Part shown: piece after piece, positions 59,315 through 64,000 of the stretch
How positions within the stretch are numbered: the first letter of the stretch is position 1
Layout: every line of letters begins with the position of its first letter
Notes under the pieces: model-generated
The model's database searches: none
Told to the model about the DNA's origin: nothing
Seen by the model: the letters and a program-made list of their open reading frames with translations, nothing else
Position numbers and translations under genes: made by a program
Source: Nitrospirota bacterium
GTDB lineage: Bacteria; Nitrospirota; Nitrospiria; SBBL01; JAADHI01
NCBI GenBank assembly: GCA_029261165.1
Contig: JAJDBV010000006.1
Location: 33,656-97,655, forward strand
Length of the DNA: 64,000 nucleotides
Direction of reading: 5' to 3'

Positions 59315-59601
59315 GACTTCTCCTCGCTTTCTTTCGGCTTAAACATATTGAGCATTCGGCTCGTCACCATGAAGCCTCCAACCGCGTTGATCGTGGCAAA
59401 AATAACGGCCAGAAAACCGAGAATCGTACTGAGGTTTGTCGCTCCCGATCCGGAGGCGAGGACCGCACCGACGAGGGTGATCCCGGAGATGGCATTGGCT
59501 CCGGACATCAAAGGGGTATGCAGAAGCGGCGGAACCCTTGAGATCAGCTCGTAACCGAGAAAGCTTGCCAGAACAAAGAGGGTAATAGAAACGATAGACA
59601 T
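59311..59601 (-). CDS. pntA: NAD(P) transhydrogenase alpha subunit part 2 (PntAB, membrane)
   Basis: 96-aa protein with three TM helices (HTPLMSGANAISGI). Overlaps pntB by 4 nt. Confidence 0.9.
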   Translation of the reverse strand: MSIVSITLFVLASFLGYELISRVPPLLHTPLMSGANAISGITLVGAVLASGSGATNLSTILGFLAVIFATINAVGGFMVTSRMLNMFKPKESEEKS

Positions 59602-59619
59602 ACTGTCGTACTCCTAAAG

Positions 59620-60750
59620 TTAGTTCACCAGGGCCTTGACGGCATCGTTCATAATTTCGCCCTGATGTGTCACCAGTGCGCCTTTGGTGATCTCGTCCTT
59701 GAGATTAATCGTCAGTTCATTGTTTGCGTAGAGGTGAAGCAGGAAGTTGGTCATATTTTTTGCGTACATCTGGCTTGCGTGAATCGGAAGCGAAGCGGGG
59801 AGGTTCACAACCCCGATGATGGTCACGCCCTGTGCAAGTACTTCTTCTTCGGCTTGGGTCAATTCGCAATTTCCACCCAGCTCTGCGGCAAGATCGATAA
59901 TGACCGATCCATTTTTCATATCAGAAACCATTTCGGCCGTGATGAGCAGCGGTGCCTTCTTTCCGGGAATCAGGGCGGTCGTAATCACAACATCGGCTCC
60001 CTTGACATGCTCGTGAATCAGGGCCAACTCTTTTTGGTGGTGCTCGGCGGAGAGTTCTTTTGCATATCCACCCTGATCTTCCGTGCTATCATCGCCCAAT
60101 TCCAATTCGACAAATGTGGCGCCCAGGCTCTGAACCTGTTCTTTCACGGCAGGCCGGGTATCAAAGGCCTCGACCTGCGCGCCAAGACGCTTCGCGGTTG
60201 CAATGGCCTGAAGTCCAGCAACGCCGGCCCCCAAAACCAGAACCTTTGCCGGAGGCAGCGTGCCGGCAGCAGTGGTCATCATCGGGATAAACTTCCCAAA
60301 GGCGGATGCCGCAATCAGAACGGCCTTGTATCCGGCAAGACTACTCATGGAGCTTAAAACATCCATCCTTTGTGCGCGTGTGATTCTCGGAATCAGGTCC
60401 ATTGAAAAAGCGCTGATTTTTCTGGAGGCCAGTTTTTGCGCGGTAGCTGGATGAGACAGAGGCTGAAGCATCGTGATCAGGACGGCCCCTTCCTTCATCA
60501 GATCAACCTCGTTAGAAACAGGCCTCTGAACTTTGATCACAATGTCCGCGTCGGAAAAAAGAGCAGCGGCATCGGGAACGATCTTTGCCCCGGCTTGTTC
60601 GTAGTCGCTGTCCGAAAAAAAAGCGCCCTGTCCGGCTCCAGATTCAACCCGGACCTCAAGCCCTTTTTTAATCATCTTTGCGACAGAATCCGGAGTGGCC
60701 GCCACACGGCTTTCTCCCTTTATAATCTCTTTAGGCACTGCAATAATCAT
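59620..60750 (-). CDS. pntA: NAD(P) transhydrogenase alpha subunit part 1 (PntAA, dI)
   Basis: MIIAVPKE..ESRVA, alanine-dehydrogenase-like fold, Rossmann VLVLGAGVAGLQAI. Confidence 0.95.
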   Translation of the reverse strand: MIIAVPKEIIKGESRVAATPDSVAKMIKKGLEVRVESGAGQGAFFSDSDYEQAGAKIVPDAAALFSDADIVIKVQRPVSNEVDLMKEGAVLITMLQPLSHPATAQKLASRKISAFSMDLIPRITRAQRMDVLSSMSSLAGYKAVLIAASAFGKFIPMMTTAAGTLPPAKVLVLGAGVAGLQAIATAKRLGAQVEAFDTRPAVKEQVQSLGATFVELELGDDSTEDQGGYAKELSAEHHQKELALIHEHVKGADVVITTALIPGKKAPLLITAEMVSDMKNGSVIIDLAAELGGNCELTQAEEEVLAQGVTIIGVVNLPASLPIHASQMYAKNMTNFLLHLYANNELTINLKDEITKGALVTHQGEIMNDAVKALVN

Positions 60751-60762
60751 GGCCTGTTCCTC

Positions 60763-60806
60763 TTTAATCGATTAAATGAACAGAAAACAAAAAAGACGAT
60801 TAATCG
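60763..60806. promoter_or_regulatory. two related palindromes in the pntAA leader (candidate operator pair)
   Basis: TTTAATCGATTAAA (60763-60776, a perfect 14-bp palindrome abutting the SD) and CGATTAATCG (60797-60806). Both lie downstream of the predicted promoter. Confidence 0.3.
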
Positions 60807-60819
60807 CACAAACTTTTTA

Positions 60820-60849
60820 CTTATACACAGGTGTAATCCCGCTCGTCAA
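60820..60849 (-). promoter_or_regulatory. candidate sigma-70 promoter of the pntAA-AB-B operon
   Basis: On the minus strand: TTGACG, an 18-nt spacer, then TATAAG. Confidence 0.4.
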
Positions 60850-60898
60850 GCCTAAATAAGGTCTGCAAATTTGGAATTGCGAAATTTAAGAAAAGAGA

Positions 60899-62011
60899 TC
60901 AGGGCCCGCTATAACGGCTGACGCCGCCAAAAGATCCGAACCATTTGTTGCCGTCATCATCAATGGCGATCGAATAGACATAATCCCCAACCAGGCCGTT
61001 CATCTGTGTGAAGTTTTTGAAGGACTTGCCATCGAAGCGGCTGACGCCCTTGTTCGTGCCGATCCACATGATCCCTTTTTTGTCGATCTCGATGGCATTG
61101 ATGATGTTTCCGGGAAGACCTTCACGTGTCGTATAGTTTTTGAACCTTTTCCCGTCAAAGCGGGAAAGTCCTCCGCCCCAGGTTCCGAACCACTTGATCC
61201 CGGCTTTATCAATTGCTGACGAGATGACGTAGTTCGGGTTGTGATCCTGATTCTCACGCCCGGCTTGAAGGTGATGATTTTCATCTTCATCATAGGACTC
61301 GTCCTCTGTCGGAGGCCTGGTCTTTTTTGATGAAAGCGTTGCCCCTAGACCGTCCTTGTGTGTCCATCCCTGCCAGTGCTTCCCATCGAAGCGGTTGACG
61401 CCGCCTTCCGTTCCAAACCAGAGAACCCCGGAGGATTCTCTCTCGACGGTGTAGACCCACTTGTCTACCAAGCCGTCATCCATGGTATAGGTGACAAAGC
61501 CCTCCTTTGATCGGCGGCTCGCCCCTTTCCATGTGGCGACCCACATTGTTCCGTCGGGTTCAAAGAGGAGGTCATATACCCAGAGGTCTCCAAGACCACT
61601 CCTTGGTTTATAGTGCGCCCACTCGGCCCCGTAATTTTTGGTGCCGCGTCCATAGGGGGTGAAGAGTTCCCAGTGCTTTCCGTCAAAGCGGGCGAGACCC
61701 CCGCCGTAGGTCCCCACCCAGAGATTCCCCTTGTTGTCCGGATGAATCGAAACGATGATATTGGAGAGAAGCCCGGCACGGGTATTAAAGACCTGGTGAG
61801 TTTCTTTTTTTTGATTAAATCGAATAAGTCCGTTAGATGTTCCAATCCAGACATCATCGCCTTCGACGGCCAGAGATCGGATGACGACCTCGCCGATCGC
61901 CCAACCGGTCCACTGCGGGTTGAACATCCCGGGAGGAGGTTGTTGTGCTTTCGCCTGAGGTGAGATAATAAAGAGCATCAAAAAAAGAAGAGAATAATAG
62001 AACTGCTTCAA
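60899..62011 (-). CDS. secreted two-component-regulator-propeller (Reg_prop) repeat protein
   Basis: Signal peptide plus repeated WxGTxxGLxRFDGKxF blades. 4-nt overlap with nadK. Confidence 0.7.
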   Translation of the reverse strand: MKQFYYSLLFLMLFIISPQAKAQQPPPGMFNPQWTGWAIGEVVIRSLAVEGDDVWIGTSNGLIRFNQKKETHQVFNTRAGLLSNIIVSIHPDNKGNLWVGTYGGGLARFDGKHWELFTPYGRGTKNYGAEWAHYKPRSGLGDLWVYDLLFEPDGTMWVATWKGASRRSKEGFVTYTMDDGLVDKWVYTVERESSGVLWFGTEGGVNRFDGKHWQGWTHKDGLGATLSSKKTRPPTEDESYDEDENHHLQAGRENQDHNPNYVISSAIDKAGIKWFGTWGGGLSRFDGKRFKNYTTREGLPGNIINAIEIDKKGIMWIGTNKGVSRFDGKSFKNFTQMNGLVGDYVYSIAIDDDGNKWFGSFGGVSRYSGP

Positions 62012-62835
62012 TTTTCACCCCATTTCAGCTTTTGCCGGAGGACCTGATAGTAGTTTCGGTGAGGTGAACGGATGAGTTTGACCCGTTGCGGGCCCGCTGC
62101 GATATGAACCACATCTTCGCCCTCCAAAGGAAAGACATCCTGGCCGTCGAGCATAACAACAGGACCCGCTTCGTTTTCTTTTAAGGCGACTTCGATTCCG
62201 GCAGTGCTTGGCACGACAATGGGTCGATTTGTCAACGTATGCGGGGAGATCGGGGTCAGGACGATGGCGTCGACTGAGGGGTGGACAATCGGCCCTCCTG
62301 AAGAAAGCGAATAGGCTGTGGATCCGGTCGGGCTAGAGATGATGATGCCGTCGGAACGCAGGGAAGTGACAAACTGGCCGTTGATGGTGATACGCAGCTT
62401 AATCAGATTGGAAAGGGCGCCCTTATGAATGGTAATATCGTTTAAGACTGCCGGTTGCGGATATTGCTTTCCCTTTCTTTGGACAAAACTCTGCAAGGTC
62501 AATCTTGGATCGTCGCAAAACTCGTCCTTTAGAATTTTTTCCAGGTCGGGATAGAGTTCGTTGAGTGCAATTTCTGTCAGGAAACCCAGGCTCCCCAGAT
62601 TGACACCCAGGATGGGGATATCCATCCCGCCAACCCACCTTGCAACAGAGAGAAGCGTGCCATCTCCGCCCAGGACAATAATCAGATCGAGAGGTGGCAA
62701 AGGCACATCGTTCTGCACGGGGGGATCGATGAAGAAAACTTCTTTATTCCTCTGTTTCAGCCATGAGGCGAGTTCTCTGCGTGTTCCTTCACCTTGCGGG
62801 TGATTGGGTTTGAGGGCAAGGCCTATTTTCTTCAT
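62008..62835 (-). CDS. nadK: NAD kinase
   Basis: GGDGTLL, NLGSLGFL, SSPTGSTAYSLSSGGPIV. Confidence 0.9.
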   Translation of the reverse strand: MKKIGLALKPNHPQGEGTRRELASWLKQRNKEVFFIDPPVQNDVPLPPLDLIIVLGGDGTLLSVARWVGGMDIPILGVNLGSLGFLTEIALNELYPDLEKILKDEFCDDPRLTLQSFVQRKGKQYPQPAVLNDITIHKGALSNLIKLRITINGQFVTSLRSDGIIISSPTGSTAYSLSSGGPIVHPSVDAIVLTPISPHTLTNRPIVVPSTAGIEVALKENEAGPVVMLDGQDVFPLEGEDVVHIAAGPQRVKLIRSPHRNYYQVLRQKLKWGEN

Positions 62836-63066
62836 TCAGGGTCTTTTTGAGAGTCGTTGTTTCATTAGGGTTAACCGATATTATACGTCCATTTTCCCTT
62901 TGTCAATATTGATCGATCCGGTCCCCAAGATCAGCGATTGATCTTGGGGCAAACCGCCAAGTCGGCTGCGAAGACAAGGCCAGAGGCCATAAGAACGACC
63001 GAAGTGTACTCACTCGTATGGTGAGGAGTCTGTTGGCCGATAACGCAGTATTATCAGGCGAATTGG

Positions 63067-63100
63067 GGTTCCTAGTTCCGAAATCGCGGAATTAGGAACC
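63067..63100. promoter_or_regulatory. 34-bp inverted repeat abutting the -35 box of the TPR-gene promoter (candidate regulator site)
   Basis: GGTTCCTAgTTCC-N8-GGAAtTAGGAACC, ending 10 nt before the TTGACA at 63111. Confidence 0.35.
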
Positions 63101-63110
63101 TGAACTGTCC

Positions 63111-63140
63111 TTGACAACATAACCATGTTTCTCATAGAAT
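63111..63140 (+). promoter_or_regulatory. candidate sigma-70 promoter of the TPR protein gene
   Basis: TTGACA (63111-63116), an 18-nt spacer, then TAGAAT (63135-63140). Confidence 0.5.
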
Positions 63141-63170
63141 ACAGGGTTTTTAAAGGAGAGATCCCCCTAA

Positions 63171-63992
63171 ATGTCTTATAAAATAAGGGTCAGAAAAGAA
63201 GCGGCGGCACGGATTCATGTGACTCACTGGTCAGAGTCGATGGGTAGGTGGGTGATGGCCAATCTAAAGGGCGTCCTCTCTTTAATTGGTGTTTTTGTTG
63301 TTGTTGGCCTTGTCCTCTTTGCATTCAACGCCATGACCTCAAATGAAGAAGGAAAAGCCTCTATTCTGGAAACAGAAGCCTCCATACTGCTGCACGATCC
63401 CATGCCTCTTCCTGAACCGATTGAGGAAGGAGAAGACCCCCCTGAGATCTTGACCCAGACAGAGCGGTATCAGAAGTCGGCCGATCTTTATGGCGAAATC
63501 CTGGAAAAATATCCGAATACGGTATCGGCAATGGTTGCGCAGTACGAGAGTGGAAATGTTTATTTTGAATTAGAAGCCTTTGATCAGGCAGAAGAACACT
63601 ATCGTGATTTTATCAGAATGTATCCAGAGAAAAAGGAACTTATTTCAATCGTCCAGCTTAAGCTGGGCTATCTCCAACAAAGAAAGGGGGAGTCTCAGGC
63701 GGCAAGAGATTTCTTCCGCACCTTGTATGAATCAGAGAGTGCCAGAAATCGAGACCAGGCCGGGTTTGAGTTGGCACGGTCACTCGAAACTTCGGGCAAA
63801 GAGGAAGAGGCCAGAAAGATTTATGAAAAAATCTCTGAAGATTTTGCCCTGTCTCCCTGGGGCACGGAAGCCCGGGCCCGGTTTACTTTACTAAATCCCT
63901 CATCTGAAACAGAGTCATCTTCTGGTGAAAAGACCTCTAACGAGGCAGTGGAAGAAGAGCCTGCTCCAGAGAGCGGTCCAATCACGGAGTAA
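63171..63992 (+). CDS. membrane-anchored TPR-repeat protein with acidic Ser/Glu-rich tail
   Basis: One TM helix (LSLIGVFVVVGLVLFAF) and TPR-like helices (YQKSADLYGEILEKYPN.., FDQAEEHYRDFIRMYPE..). SD AAAGGAGAG. The exact start is uncertain. Confidence 0.6.
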   Translation: MSYKIRVRKEAAARIHVTHWSESMGRWVMANLKGVLSLIGVFVVVGLVLFAFNAMTSNEEGKASILETEASILLHDPMPLPEPIEEGEDPPEILTQTERYQKSADLYGEILEKYPNTVSAMVAQYESGNVYFELEAFDQAEEHYRDFIRMYPEKKELISIVQLKLGYLQQRKGESQAARDFFRTLYESESARNRDQAGFELARSLETSGKEEEARKIYEKISEDFALSPWGTEARARFTLLNPSSETESSSGEKTSNEAVEEEPAPESGPITE

Positions 63993-64000
63993 CTTTCCCT

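Noticed and set aside
63018-63095. 25-codon plus-strand ORF (MVRSLLADNAVLSGELGFLVPKSRN) in the nadK / TPR gap.
   Set aside because: No SD. It runs through the 34-bp inverted repeat, which is more plausibly a regulatory site.

Overview
This is a 64-kb stretch of a diderm bacterial chromosome. GC is roughly 50% by eye, and the phylum cannot be determined from the sequence alone. Most of it is conserved housekeeping: ispD/ispF, cysE, mutY, purA, thiC-thi4, trxB, folE, moeA, recQ, ybiT, lptD, folC, glmM, scpAB, accA, dnaE, pntAA-AB-B and nadK. It also carries two tRNAs (Ala-GGC, Asn-GTT) and a textbook TPP riboswitch with its terminator ahead of thiC-thi4. I saw no CRISPR array, rRNA, transposase, integrase or phage structural gene, so this is not an obvious mobile or defence island. 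The best candidate for an undescribed system lies at about 43.6-51.1 kb. There, a PilZ gene and two envelope genes face a GGDEF / histidine kinase / sigma-54 activator operon. The two envelope genes are an OM beta-barrel and a secreted EF-hand/RG/11-mer-repeat protein, and each has a near-consensus sigma-54 promoter. Other points of interest: (a) a 130-150 bp MITE/REP-like palindromic repeat with CTATTCAGC...GCTGAATAG termini, present three times, always between convergent genes, and mosaic in structure; (b) a tightly coupled operon joining an archaeal/eukaryal-type ATP-dependent DNA ligase, an ABC exporter, a nitrilase-family hydrolase and a YqaJ-like exonuclease; (c) two genes whose conserved N-termini are only recovered with non-canonical start codons (ATA, CTG) placed behind good Shine-Dalgarno sites; (d) a 510-bp non-coding gap next to tRNA-Ala that holds fragments resembling the thiC riboswitch leader; (e) an orphan EAL-domain fragment; (f) a His-type (non-suicide) Thi4. 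All functional calls rest on motif recognition by eye. Novelty cannot be established without database searches.
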